Shown: piece by piece, positions 37,101 to 52,500 of the stretch
How positions within the stretch are numbered: the first letter of the stretch is position 1
Layout: each line of letters opens with the position of its first letter
From: Nemertoderma westbladi
Lineage: Eukaryota; Animalia; Xenacoelomorpha
Reading direction: 5' to 3'
DNA: 64,000 nucleotides
Assembly: GCA_032718475.1 (NCBI GenBank)
Contig: JAUCBJ010008224.1
Location: 16,448-80,447 of the forward strand
Notes under the pieces: model-generated
Databases searched by the model: none
What the model was told of the DNA's origin: nothing
Seen by the model: the letters and a program-made list of their open reading frames with translations, nothing else
Made by a program: the position numbers and the translations under genes

Positions 37101-40100
37101 AACCACCACGCAGCAACCTACCCAACCACTCCTAGTTGGCACGTTCTAACCACCACCAGCAACCTACCCAACCACTCCAAGTTGGCACGTTCTAACCACC
37201 ACGCAGCAACCTACCCAACCACTCCAAGTTGGCACGTTCTACCACACAGCAACCTACCCAACCACTCCAAGTTGGCACGTTCTACCACACAGCAACCTAC
37301 CCAACCACTCCAAGTTGGCACGTTCTACCACACAGCAACCTACCCAACCACTCCAAGTTGGCACGTTCTACCACACAGCAACCTACCCAACCACTCCAAG
37401 TTGGCACGTTCTACCACACAGCAACCTACCCAACCACTCCTAGTTGCAACGTTCTAACCACCACGCAGCAACCTACCCAACCACTCCAAGTTGGCACGTT
37501 CTACCACACAGCAACCTACCCAACCACTCCAAGTTGGCACGTTCTACCACACAGCAACCTACCCAACCACTCCAAGTTGGCACGTTCTACCACACAGCAA
37601 CCTACCCAACCACTCCTAGTTGGCACGTTCTAACCACCACGCAGCAACCTACCCAACCACTCCAAGTTGGCACGTTCTACCACACAGCAACCTACCCAAC
37701 CACTCCAAGTTGGCACGTTCTACCACACAGCAACCTACCCAACCACTCCAAGTTGGCACGTTCTACCACACAGCAACCTACCCAACCACTCCTAGTTGGC
37801 ACGTTCTACCACACAGCAACCTACCCAACCACTCCAAGTTGGCACGTTCTACCACACAGCAACCTACCCAACCACTCCTAGTTGGCACGTTCTAACCACC
37901 ACGCAGCAACCTACCCAACCACTCCAAGTTGGCACGTTCTACCACACAGCAACCTACCCAACCACTCCTAGTTGGCACGTTCTACCACACAGCAACCTAC
38001 CCAACCACTCCTAGTTGGCACGTTCTACCACACAGCAACCTACACAACCACTCCAAGTAGGCACGTTCTACCACACAGCAACCTACCCAACCACTCCAAG
38101 TTGGCACGTTCTACCACACAGCAACCTACCCAACCACTCCAAGTAGGCACGTTCTACCACACAGCAACCTACCCAACCACTCCAAGTTGGCACGTTCTAC
38201 CACACAGCAACCTACCCAACCACTCCTAGTTGCAACGTTCTACCACACAGCAACCTACCCAACCACTCCTAGTTGGCACGTTCTACCACACAGCAACCTA
38301 CCCAACCACTCCAAGTAGGCACGTTCTACCACACAGCAACCTACCCAACCACTCCAAGTTGGCACGTTCTACCACACAGCAACCTACCCAACCACTCCTA
38401 GTTGCAACGTTCTACCACACAGCAACCTACCCAACCACTCCTAGTTGGCACGTTCTACCACACAGCAACCTACCCAACCACTCCAAGTAGGCACGTTCTA
38501 CCACACAGCAACCTACCCAACCACTCCAAGTTGGCACGTTCTACCACACAGCAACCTACCCAACCACTCCAAGTTGACACGTTCTACCACACAGCAACCT
38601 ACCCAACCACTCCAAGTTGGCACGTTCTACCACACAGCAACCTACCCAACCACTCCAAGTTGGCACGTTCTACCACACAGCAACCTACCCAACCACTCCT
38701 AGTTGGCACGTTCTAACCACCACGCAGCAACCTACCCAACCACTCCAAGTTGGCACGTTCTACCACACAGCAACCTACCCAACCACTCCTAGTTGCAACG
38801 TTCTACCACACAGCAACCTACACAACCACTCCTAGTTGGCACGTTCTACCACACAGCAACCTACCCAACCACTCCAAGTTGGCACGTTCTACCACACAGC
38901 AACCTACCCAACCACTCCAAGTTGGCACGTTCTACCACACAGCAACCTACCCAACCACTCCTAGTTGCAACGTTCTACCACACAGCAACCTACCCAACCA
39001 CTCCTAGTTGCAACGTTCTACCACACAGCAACCTACCCAACCACTCCAAGTTGGCACGTTCTACCACACAGCAACCTACCCAACCACTCCAAGTTGGCAC
39101 GTTCTACCACACAGCAACCTACCCAACCACTCCAAGTTGGCACGTTCTACCACACAGCAACCTACCCAACCACTCCAAGTTGGCACGTTCTACCACACAG
39201 CAACCTACCCAACCACTCCAAGTTGGCACGTTCTAACCACCACGCAGCAACCTACCCAACCACTCCAAGTAGGCACGTTCTACCACACAGCAACCTACCC
39301 AACCACTCCAAGTTGGCACGTTCTACCACACAGCAACCTACCCAACCACTCCAAGTTGGCACGTTCTACCACACAGCAACCTACCCAACCACTCCAAGTT
39401 GGCACGTTCTACCACACAGCAACCTACCCAACCACTCCAAGTTGGCACGTTCTACCACACAGCAACCTACCCAACCACTCCAAGTTGGCACGTTCTACCA
39501 CACCAGCAACCTACCCAACCACTCCAAGTTGGCACGTTCTACCACACAGCAACCTACCCAACCACTCCAAGTTGGCACGTTCTACCACACAGCAACCTAC
39601 CCAACCACTCCAAGTTGGCACGTTCTACCACACAGCAACCTACCCAACCACTCCAAGTTGGCACGTTCTACCACACAGCAACCTACCCAACCACTCCTAG
39701 TTGGCACGTTCTACCACACAGCAACCTACCCAACCACTCCAAGTTGGCACGTTCTACCACACAGCAACCTACCCAACCACTCCAAGTTGGCACGTTCTAC
39801 CACACAGCAACCTACCCAACCACTCCAAGTTGGCACGTTCTACCACACAGCAACCTACCCAACCACTCCAAGTTGGCACGTTCTACCACACAGCAACCTA
39901 CCCAACCACTCCAAGTTGGCACGTTCTACCACACAGCAACCTACCCAACCACTCCAAGTTGGCACGTTCTACCACACAGCAACCTACCCAACCACTCCAA
40001 GTTGGCACGTTCTACCACACAGCAACCTACCCAACCACTCCAAGTTGGCACGTTCTACCACACAGCAACCTACCCAACCACTCCTAGTTGGCACGTTCTA

Positions 40101-43100
40101 CCACCACCAGCAACCTACCCAACCACTCCAAGTTGGCACGTTCTACCACACAGCAACCTACCCAACCACTCCTAGTTGGCACGTTCTACCACACAGCAAC
40201 CTACCCAACCACTCCAAGTTGGCACGTTCTACCACACAGCAACCTACCCAACCACTCCAAGTTGGCACGTTCTACCACACAGCAACCTACCCAACCACTC
40301 CTAGTTGCAACGTTCTACCACACAGCAACCTACCCAACCACTCCTAGTTGGCACGTTCTACCACACAGCAACCTACCCAACCACTCCAAGTTGGCACGTT
40401 CTACCACACAGCAACCTACCCAACCACTCCAAGTTGGCACGTTCTACCACACAGCAACCTACCCAACCACTCCAAGTTGGCACGTTCTACCACACAGCAA
40501 CCTACCCAACCACTCCTAGTTGCAACGTTCTACCACACAGCAACCTACCCAACCACTCCTAGTTGCAACGTTCTACCACACAGCAACCTACCCAACCACT
40601 CCAAGTTGGCACGTTCTACCACACAGCAACCTACCCAACCACTCCAAGTTGGCACGTTCTACCACACAGCAACCTACCCAACCACTCCAAGTTGGCACGT
40701 TCTACCACACAGCAACCTACCCAACCACTCCAAGTTGCACGTTCTACCACACAGCAACCTACCCAACCACTCCTAGTTGGCACGTTCTACCACCACCAGC
40801 AACCTACCCAACCACTCCTAGTTGGCACGTTCTACCACACAGCAACCTACCCAACCACTCCAAGTTGGCACGTTCTACCACACAGCAACCTACCCAACCA
40901 CTCCAAGTTGGCACGTTCTACCACACAGCAACCTACCCAACCACTCCAAGTTGGCACGTTCTACCACACAGCAACCTACCCAACCACTCCAAGTTGGCAC
41001 GTTCTACCACACAGCAACCTACCCAACCACTCCTAGTTGCAACGTTCTACCACACAGCAACCTACCCAACCACTCCTAGTTGGCACGTTCTACCACACAG
41101 CAACCTACCCAACCACTCCAAGTAGGCACGTTCTACCACACAGCAACCTACCCAACCACTCCAAGTTGGCACGTTCTACCACACAGCAACCTACCCAACC
41201 ACTCCTAGTTGCAACGTTCTACCACACAGCAACCTACCCAACCACTCCTAGTTGGCACGTTCTACCACACAGCAACCTACCCAACCACTCCAAGTTGGCA
41301 CGTTCTACCACACAGCAACCTACCCAACCACTCCAAGTTGGCACGTTCTACCACACAGCAACCTACCCAACCACTCCAAGTTGGCACGTTCTACCACACA
41401 GCAACCTACCCAACCACTCCTAGTTGGCACGTTCTAACCACCACGCAGCAACCTACCCAACCACTCCTAGTTGGCACGTTCTACCACACAGCAACCTACC
41501 CAACCACTCCAAGTTGGCACGTTCTACCACACAGCAACCTACCCAACCACTCCTAGTTGCAACGTTCTACCACACAGCAACCTACCCAACCACTCCTAGT
41601 TGGCACGTTCTACCACACAGCAACCTACCCAACCACTCCAAGTTGGCACGTTCTACCACACAGCAACCTACCCAACCACTCCAAGTTGGCACGTTCTACC
41701 ACACAGCAACCTACCCAACCACTCCTAGTTGCAACGTTCTACCACACAGCAACCTACCCAACCACTCCTAGTTGCAACGTTCTACCACACAGCAACCTAC
41801 CCAACCACTCCAAGTAGGCACGTTCTACCACACAGCAACCTACCCAACCACTCCAAGTTGGCACGTTCTACCACACAGCAACCTACCCAACCACTCCAAG
41901 TAGGCACGTTCTACCACACAGCAACCTACCCAACCACTCCAAGTTGGCACGTTCTACCACACAGCAACCTACCCAACCACTCCAAGTTGCACGTTCTACC
42001 ACACAGCAACCTACCCAACCACTCCAAGTTGGCACGTTCTACCACACAGCAACCTACCCAACCACTCCAAGTTGGCACGTTCTACCACACAGCAACCTAC
42101 CCAACCACTCCAAGTTGGCACGTTCTACCACACAGCAACCTACCCAACCACTCCAAGTTGGCACGTTCTACCACACAGCAACCTACCCAACCACTCCAAG
42201 TTGGCACGTTCTACCACACAGCAACCTACCCAACCACTCCAAGTTGGCACGTTCTACCACACAGCAACCTACCCAACCACTCCTAGTTGCAACGTTCTAA
42301 CCACCACGCAGCAACCTACCCAACCACTCCAAGTTGGCACGTTCTAACCACCACGCAGCAACCTACCCAACCACTCCAAGTTGGCACGTTCTACCACACA
42401 GCAACCTACCCAACCACTCCAAGTAGGCACGTTCTACCACACAGCAACCTACCCAACCACTCCAAGTTGGCACGTTCTACCACACAGCAACCTACCCAAC
42501 CACTCCAAGTTGGCACGTTCTACCACACAGCAACCTACCCAACCACTCCAAGTAGGCACATTCTACCACACATCAACCTACCCAACCACTCCTAGTTGCA
42601 ACGTTCTACCACACAGCAACCTACCCAACCACTCCAAGTTGGCACGTTCTAACCACCACGCAGCAACCTACCCAACCACTCCAAGTAGGCACGTTCTACC
42701 ACACAGCAACCTACCCAACCACTCCAAGTTGGCACGTTCTACCACACAGCAACCTACCCAACCACTCCTAGTTGGCACGTTCTAACCACCACACAGCAAC
42801 CTACACAACCACTCCTAGTTGGCACGTTCTGCCACACAGCAACCTACCCAACCACTCCAAGTTGGCACGTTCTACCACACAGCAACCTACCCAACCACTC
42901 CAAGTTGGCACGTTCTAACCACCACGCAGCAACCTACCCAACCACTCCAAGTTGGCACGTTCTACCACACAGCAACCTACCCAACCACTCCTAGTTGGCA
43001 CGTTCTACCACACAGCAACCTACCCAACCACTCCAAGTTGGCACGTTCTACCACACAGCAACCTACCCAACCACTCCAAGTTGGCACGTTCTACCACACA

Positions 43101-46100
43101 GCAACCTACCCAACCACTCCTAGTTGGCACGTTCTACCACACAGCAACCTACCCAACCACTCCTAGTTGGCACGTTCTACCACACAGCAACCTACCCAAC
43201 CACTCCAAGTTGGCACGTTCTACCACACAGCAACCTACCCAACCACTCCAAGTTGGCACGTTCTACCACACAGCAACCTACCCAACCACTCCAAGTAGGC
43301 ACATTCTACCACACATCAACCTACCCAACCACTCCTAGTTGCAACGTTCTACCACACAGCAACCTACACAACCACTCCTAGTTGCAACGTTCTACCACAC
43401 AGCAACCTACCCAACCACTCCAAGTAGGCACGTTCTAACCACCACGCAGCAACCTACCCAACCACTCCAAGTAGGCACGTTCTACCACACAGCAACCTAC
43501 CCAACCACTCCAAGTAGGCACGTTCTACCACACAGCAACCTACCCAACCACTCCAAGTTGGCACGTTCTAACCACCACGCAGCAACCTACCCAACCACTC
43601 CAAGTTGGCACGTTCTACCACACAGCAACCTACCCAACCACTCCAAGTTGGCACGTTCTACCACACGCAGCAACCTACCCAACCACTCCAAGTTGGCACG
43701 TTCTACCACACAGCAACCTACCCAACCACTCCAAGTTGGCACGTTCTACCACACAGCAACCTACCCAACCACTCCAAGTTGGCACGTTCTACCACACAGC
43801 AACCTACCCAACCACTCCAAGTTGGCACGTTCTACCACACAGCAACCTACCCAACCACTCCAAGTTGGCACGTTCTACCACACAGCAACCTACCCAACCA
43901 CTCCAAGTTGGCACGTTCTACCACAGCAGCAACCTACCCAACCACTCCAAGTTGGCACGTTCTACCACACAGCAACCTACCCAACCACTCCAAGTTGGCA
44001 CGTTCTACCACACAGCAACCTACCCAACCACTCCAAGTTGGCACGTTCTACCACACAGCAACCTACCCAACCACTCCAAGTTGGCACGTTCTACCACACA
44101 GCAACCTACCCAACCACTCCAAGTTGGCACGTTCTACCACACAGCAACCTACCCAACCACTCCAAGTTGGCACGTTCTAACCACCACGCAGCAACCTACC
44201 CAACCACTCCAAGTTGGCACGTTCTACCACACAGCAACCTACCCAACCACTCCTAGTTGCAACGTTCTAACCACCACACAGCAACCTACCCAACCACTCC
44301 AAGTTGGCACGTTCTACCACACAGCAACCTACCCAACCACTCCTAGTTGCAACGTTCTAACCACCACGCAGCAACCTACCCAACCACTCCAAGTTGGCAC
44401 GTTCTACCACACAGCAACCTACCCAACCACTCCAAGTTGGCACGTTCTACCACACAGCAACCTACCCAACCACTCCTAGTTGCAACGTTCTAACCACCAC
44501 GCAGCAACCTACCCAACCACTCCAAGTTGGCACGTTCTACCACACAGCAACCTACCCAACCACTCCAAGTTGGCACGTTCTACCACACAGCAACCTACCC
44601 AACCACTCCAAGTTGGCACGTTCTACCACACAGCAACCTACCCAACCACTCCAAGTTGGCACGTTCTACCGCACAGCAACCTACCCAACCACTTCTAGTT
44701 GCAACGTTCTACCAAACAGCAACCTACCCAACCACTCCTAGTTGCAACGTTCTGCCACACAGCAACCTACCCAACCACTCCAAGTTGGCACGTTCTACCA
44801 CACAGCAACCTACCCAACCACTCCAAGTTGGCACGTTCTACCACACAGCAACCTACCCAACCACTCCAAGTTGGCACGTTCTACCACACAGCAACCTACC
44901 CAACCACTCCAAGTTGGCACGTTCTACCACACAGCAACCTACCCAACCACTCCTAGTTGGCAACGTTCTAACCACCACGCAGCAACCTACCCAACCACTC
45001 CAAGTTGGCACGTTCTACCACACAGCAACCTACCCAACCACTCCTAGTTGCAACGTTCTAACCACCACGCAGCAACCTACCCAACCACTCCAAGTTGGCA
45101 CGTTCTACCACACAGCAACCTACCCAACCACTCCAAGTTGGCACGTTCTAACCACCACGCAGCAACCTACCCAACCACTCCAAGTTGGCACGTTCTACCA
45201 CACAGCAACCTACCCAACCACTCCAAGTTGGCACGTTCTACCACACAGCAACCTACCCAACCACTCCAAGTTGGCACGTTCTACCACACAGCAACCTACC
45301 CAACCACTCCAAGTTGGCACGTTCTACCACACAGCAACCTACCCAACCACTCCTAGTTGCAACGTTCTAACCACCACGCAGCAACCTACCCAACCACTCC
45401 AAGTTGGCACGTTCTACCACACAGCAACCTACCCAACCACTCCAAGTTGGCACGTTCTACCACACAGCAACCTACCCAACCACTCCAAGTTGGCACGTTC
45501 TACCACACAGCAACCTACCCAACCACTCCAAGTAGGCACGTTCTACCACACAGCAACCTACCCAACCACTCCTAGTTGCAACGTTCTACCACACAGCAAC
45601 CTACCCAACCACTCCTAGTTGCAACGTTCTACCACACAGCAACCTACCCAACCACTCCAAGTAGGCACGTTCTGCCACACAGCAACCTACCCAACCACTC
45701 CTAGTTGCAACGTTCTACCACACAGCAACCTACCCAACCACTCCTAGTTGCAACGTTCTACCACACAGCAACCTACCCAACCACTCCAAGTAGGCACGTT
45801 CTGCCACACAGCAACCTACCCAACCACTCCTAGTTGCAACGTTCTACCACACAGCAACCTACCCAACCACTCCTAGTTGGCAACGTTCTACCACACAGCA
45901 ACCTACCCAACCACTCCAAGTAGGCACGTTCTACCACACAGCAACCTACCCAACCACTCCTAGTTGCAACGTTCTACCACACAGCAACCTACCCAACCAC
46001 TCCTAGTTGCAACGTTCTACCACACAGCAACCTACCCAACCACTCCAAGTAGGCACGTTCTACCACACAGCAACCTACCCAACCACTCCTAGTTGCAACG

Positions 46101-49100
46101 TTCTACCACACAGCAACCTACCCAACCACTCCAAGTTGGCACGTTCTACCACACAGCAACCTACCCAACCACTCCAAGTTGGCACGTTCTACCACACAGC
46201 AACCTACACAACCACTCCTAGTTGCAACGTTCTAACCACCACGCAGCAACCTACCCAACCACTCCAAGTTGGCACATTCTACCACACAGCAACCTACCCA
46301 ACCACTCCAAGTTGGCACGTTCTACCACACAGCAACCTACCCAACCACTCCAAGTTGGCACGTTCTACCACACAGCAACCTACCCAACCACTCCAAGTTG
46401 GCACGTTCTACCACACAGCAACCTACCCAACCACTCCAAGTTGGCACGTTCTACCACACAGCAACCTACCCAACCACTCCAAGTTGGCACGTTCTACCAC
46501 ACAGCAACCTACCCAACCACTCCTAGTTGCAACGTTCTAACCACCACGCAGCAACCTACCCAACCACTCCAAGTTGGCACGTTCTACCACACAGCAACCT
46601 ACCCAACCACTCCAAGTTGGCACGTTCTACCACACAGCAACCTACCCAACCACTCCTAGTTGCAACGTTCTACCACCACCAGCAACCTACCCAACCACTC
46701 CAAGTTGGCACGTTCTACCACACAGCAACCTACCCAACCACTCCAAGTTGCAACGTTCTAACCACCACGCAGCAACCTACCCAACCACTCCAAGTTGGCA
46801 CGTTCTACCACACAGCAACCTACCCAACCACTCCAAGTTGGCACGTTCTACCACACAGCAACCTACCCAACCACTCCAAGTTGGCACGTTCTACCACACA
46901 GCAACCTACCCAACCACTCCAAGTTGGCACGTTCTAACCACCACGCAGCAACCTACCCAACCACTCCAAGTTGGCACGTTCTACCACACAGCAACCTACC
47001 CAACCACTCCAAGTTGGCACGTTCTACCACACAGCAACCTACCCAACCACTCCTAGTTGCAACGTTCTAACCACCACGCAGCAACCTACCCAACCACTCC
47101 AAGTTGGCACGTTCTACCACACAGCAACCTACCCAACCACTCCAAGTTGGCACGTTCTACCACACAGCAACCTACCCAACCACTCCAAGTTGGCACGTTC
47201 TACCACACAGCAACCTACCCAACCACTCCAAGTTGGCACGTTCTACCACACAGCAACCTACCCAACCACTCCAAGTTGGCACGTTCTACCACACAGCAAC
47301 CTACCCAACCACTCCAAGTTGGCACGTTCTACCACACAGCAACCTACCCAACCACTCCTAGTTGCAACGTTCTACCACCACCAGCAACCTACCCAACCAC
47401 TCCAAGTTGGCACGTTCTACCACACAGCAACCTACCCAACCACTCCAAGTTGGCACGTTCTGCCACACAGCAACCTACCCAACCACTCCTAGTTGCAACG
47501 TTCTACCACACAGCAACCTACCCAACCACTCCAAGTTGGCACGTTCTACCACACAGCAACCTACCCAACCACTCCAAGTTGCAACGTTCTAACCACCACG
47601 CAGCAACCTACCCAACCACTCCAAGTTGCAACGTTCTAACCACCACGCAGCAACCTACCCAACCACTCCAAGTTGGCACGTTCTACCACACAGCAACCTA
47701 CCCAACCACTCCTAGTTGGCACGTTCTAACCACCACGCAGCAACCTACCCAACCACTCCAAGTAGGCACGTTCTACCACACAGCAACCTACCCAACCACT
47801 CCAAGTTGGCACGTTCTACCACACAGCAACCTACCCAACCACTCCTAGTTGGCACGTTCTACCACACAGCAACCTACCCAACCACTCCAAGTTGCAACGT
47901 TCTAACCACCACGCAGCAACCTACCCAACCACTCCAAGTTGGCACATTCTACCACACAGCAACCTACCCAACCACTCCTAGTTGGCACGTTCTAACCACC
48001 ACGCAGCAACCTACCCAACCACTCCAAGTTGGCACGTTCTACCACACAGCAACCTACCCAACCACTCCAAGTTGGCACGTTCTACCACACAGCAACCTAC
48101 CCAACCACTCCAAGTTGGCACGTTCTACCACACAGCAACCTACCCAACCACTCCAAGTTGGCACGTTCTACCACACAGCAACCTACCCAACCACTCCTAG
48201 TTGCAACGTTCTAACCACCACGCAGCAACCTACCCAACCACTCCAAGTTGGCACGTTCTACCACACAGCAACCTACCCAACCACTCCAAGTTGGCACGTT
48301 CTACCACACAGCAACCTACCCAACCACTCCAAGGTTGGCACGTTCTACCACACAGCAACCTACCCAACCACTCCAAGTTGGCACGTTCTATCACACAGCA
48401 ACCTACCCAACCACTCCAAGTTGGCACGTTCTACCACACAGCAACCTACCCAACCACTCCAAGTTGGCACGTTCTACCACACAGCAACCTACCCAACCAC
48501 TCCAAGTTGGCACGTTCTACCGCACAGCAACCTACCCAACCACTCCAAGTTGGCACGTTCTGCCACACAGCAACCTACCCAACCACTCCAAGTTGGCACG
48601 TTCTACCACACAGCAACCTACCCAACCACTCCAAGTTGGCACGTTCTACCGCACAGCAACCTACCCAACCACTCCAAGTTGGCACGTTCTACCACACAGC
48701 AACCTACCCAACCACTCCAAGTTGGCACGTTCTACCACACAGCAACCTACCCAACCACTCCAAGTTGGCACGTTCTACCACACAGCAACCTACCCAACCA
48801 CTCCAAGGTTGGCACGTTCTACCACACAGCAACCTACCCAACCACTCCAAGTTGGCACGTTCTATCACACAGCAACCTACCCAACCACTCCAAGTTGGCA
48901 CGTTCTACCACACAGCAACCTACCCAACCACTCCAAGTTGGCACGTTCTACCACACAGCAACCTACCCAACCACTCCAAGGTTGGCACGTTCTACCACAC
49001 AGCAACCTACCCAACCACTCCAAGTTGGCACGTTCTATCACACAGCAACCTACCCAACCACTCCAAGTTGGCACGTTCTACCACACAGCAACCTACCCAA

Positions 49101-52020
49101 CCACTCCAAGTTGGCACGTTCTACCACACAGCAACCTACCCAACCACTCCAAGGTTGGCACGTTCTACCACACAGCAACCTACCCAACCACTCCAAGTTG
49201 GCACGTTCTATCACACAGCAACCTACCCAACCACTCCAAGTTGGCACGTTCTACCACACAGCAACCTACCCAACCACTCCAAGTTGGCACGTTCTACCAC
49301 ACAGCAACCTACCCAACCACTCCAAGTTGGCACGTTCTACCGCACAGCAACCTACCCAACCACTCCAAGTTGGCACGTTCTGCCACACAGCAACCTACCC
49401 AACCACTCCAAGTTGGCACGTTCTACCACACAGCAACCTACCCAACCACTCCAAGTTGGCACGTTCTACCGCACAGCAACCTACCCAACCACTCCAAGTT
49501 GGCACGTTCTACCACACAGCAACCTACCCAACCACTCCAAGTTGGCACGTTCTACCACACAGCAACCTACCCAACCACTCCAAGTTGGCACGTTCTACCG
49601 CACAGCAACCTACCCAACCACTCCAAGTTGGCACGTTCTACCACACAGCAACCTACCCAACCACTCCAAGTTGGCACGTTCTACCGCACAGCAACCTACC
49701 CAACCACTCCAAGTTGGCACGTTCTACCACACAGCAACCTACCCAACCACTCCAAGTTGGCACGTTCTACCACACAGCAACCTACCCAACCACTCCCAAG
49801 TTGGCACGTTCTACCACACAGCAACCTACCCAACCACTCCAAGTTGGCACGTTCTACCACACAGCAACCTACCCAACCACTCCAAGTTGGCACGTTCTAC
49901 CACACAGCAACCTACCCAACCACTCCAAGTTGGCACGTTCTACCGCACAGCAACCTACCCAACCACTCCAAGTTGGCACGTTCTGCCACACAGCAACCTA
50001 CCCAACCACTCCAAGTTGGCACGTTCTACCACACAGCAACCTACCCAACCACTCCTAGTTGACACGTTCTACCACACAGCAACCTACCCAACCACTCCAA
50101 GTTGGCACGTTCTACCACACAGCAACCTACCCAACCACTCCTAGTTGCAACGTTCTACCACACAGCAACCTACCCAACCACTCCAAGGTTGGCACGTTCT
50201 ACCACACAGCAACCTACCCAACCACTCCAAGTTGGCACGTTCTACCACCACCAGCAACCTACCCAACCACTCCTAGTTGCAACGTTCTAACCACCACGCA
50301 GCAACCTACCCAACCACTCCAAGTTGGCACGTTCTGCCACACAGCAACCTACACAACCACTCCTAGTTGCAACGTTCTACCACACAGCAACCTACCCAAC
50401 CACTCCAAGTTGACACGTTCTACCACACAGCAACCTACCCAACCACTCCAAGTTGGCACGTTCTACCACACAGCAACCTACCCAACCACTCCTAGTTGCA
50501 ACGTTCTACCACACAGCAACCTACCCAACCACTCCAAGGTTGGCACGTTCTACCACGCAGCAACCTACCCAACCACTCCTAGTTGCAACGTTCTAACCAC
50601 CACGCAGCAACCTACCCAACCACTCCAAGTTGGCACGTTCTGCCACACAGCAACCTACACAACCACTCCTAGTTGCAACGTTCTACCACACAGCAACCTA
50701 CCCAACCACTCCAAGTTGACACGTTCTACCACACAGCAACCTACCCAACCACTCCAAGTTGGCACGTTCTACCACACAGCAACCTACCCAACCACTCCTA
50801 GTTGCAACGTTCTACCACACAGCAACCTACCCAACCACTCCAAGGTTGGCACGTTCTACCACGCAGCAACCTACCCAACCACTCCTAGTTGCAACGTTCT
50901 AACCACCACGCAGCAACCTACCCAACCACTCCAAGTTGGCACGTTCTGCCACACAGCAACCTACCCAACCACTCCAAGTTGGCACGTTCTACCACACAGC
51001 AACCTACCCAACCACTCCAAGTTGGCACATTCTACCACACAGCAACCTACCCAACCACTTCTAGTTGCAACGTTCTACCACACAGCAACCTACCCAACCA
51101 CTCCTAGTTGCAACGTTCTACCACACAGCAACCTACCCAACCACTCCAAGTTGACACGTTCTACCACACAGCAACCTACCCAACCACTCCAAGTTGGCAC
51201 GTTCTACCACACAGCAACCTACCCAACCACTCCTAGTTGCAACGTTCTACCACACAGCAACCTACCCAACCACTCCTAGTTGCAACGTTCTACCACACAG
51301 CAACCTACCCAACCACTCCAAGTTGACACGTTCTACCACACAGCAACCTACCCAACCACTCCAAGTAGGCACGTTCTACCGCACAGCAACCTACCCAACC
51401 ACTCCAAGTAGGCACGTTCTACCACACAGCAACCTACCCAACCACTCCTAGTTGCAACGTTCTACCACACAGCAACCTACCCAACCACTCCTAGTTGCAA
51501 CGTTCTACCACACAGCAACCTACCCAACCACTCCTAGTTGAAACGTTCTACCACACAGCAACCTACCCAACCACTCCAAGTAGGCACATTCTACCACACA
51601 GCAACCTACCCAACCACTCCTAGTTGCAACGTTCTACCACACAGCAACCTACCCAACCACTCCAAGTTGACACGTTCTACCACACAGCAACCTACCCAAC
51701 CACTCCTAGTTGGCACGTTCTACCACACAGCAACCTACCCAACCACTCCTAGTTGCAACGTTCTACCACACAGCAACCTACCCAACCACTCCAAGTTGGC
51801 ACGTTCTGCCACACAGCAACCTACCAACCACTCAAAGTTGGCACATTCTACCACACAGCAACCTACCCAACCACTCCTAGTTGGCACGTTCTACCGCACA
51901 GCAACCTACCCAACCACTCAAAGTTGGCACATTCTACCACACAGCAACCTACCCAACCACTCCAAGTAGGCACATTCTACCACACAGCAACCTACCCAAC
52001 CACTCCTAGTTGCAACGTTC
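19128..52020 (+). repeat. ~33-kb satellite array of 43-bp monomer TTGGCACGTTCTACCACACAGCAACCTACCCAACCACTCCAAG and 47-bp variant (…TCTAACCACCACGCAGC…)
   Basis: Uninterrupted head-to-tail repeats in one orientation, roughly 750 monomers by length/unit size. Recurrent variants are CCTAG, TTGCAA, TTGACA, GTAGGC, TCTGCC, ACCGCA and CCAAGG. Confidence 0.99.
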
Positions 52021-52500
52021 TGTATGCTATACCGGGCATAATCCGGGGTCTTTTCCCCTAATTTGGAATCTTATCCAACGGAGCGTTGCAAATAACTTGA
52101 GTTTATAAAAGGACAGTATAATAATAATCTATAATAATATATAACTTGCAACAGCTCGTGAATTTAATGGCTCCTTAGGGGAGACCATTAGTTTTAGTAA
52201 CAAAGTATTATAACTGCACAACTTCTATCTATGAATAAAACCAATGAATGTTTAATATATATGAAGTATTATGCTACCAATATTAGCCCAGTAAAAATAC
52301 TTAATCCCCAATATCCAATAGGAAGTCGTTTCCTTGTCCCCAGCTTACATTACATTAATGGTTGATGCACCAGTACTGCCTGGTATAAGGGGATAATTGG
52401 TGTTTCAAAACAGCTGATGAGTAGGTAACAATACAGCTTGGATTTGGCATTTTCCTATAGGGGTTAGATGAACTGAATGTATTTCATGGAACCGAATACA
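52021..52500 (-). repeat. 3' LTR (480 bp, TGTAT...ATACA)
   Basis: Matches 63526-64000 over all 475 comparable bases as read by eye. It has 5-bp terminal inverted repeats, and the PPT abuts 52500. Confidence 0.9.

Noticed and set aside
19128-52020. CRISPR-like array
   Set aside because: There are no unique spacers and no cas genes; the monomers are contiguous and the context is eukaryotic.
19103-52061. Hundreds of ORFs up to 780 aa (ARSTTQQPTQPLQVGTFYHTATYPTTPSWHVLPHSNLPNHSK), resembling a mucin-like repeat protein
   Set aside because: The C/A-rich 43-mer has no stop in any plus frame, so all three frames give the same peptide. Starts are TTG, and the variants introduce stops and frameshifts freely.
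52021-52500. LTR read in plus orientation (TATAAAAGG at ~52085, AATAAA at ~52234)
   Set aside because: The ORF and PPT both place the element on the minus strand, and there is no purine tract before 63526 on the plus strand. Antisense promoter activity cannot be excluded.
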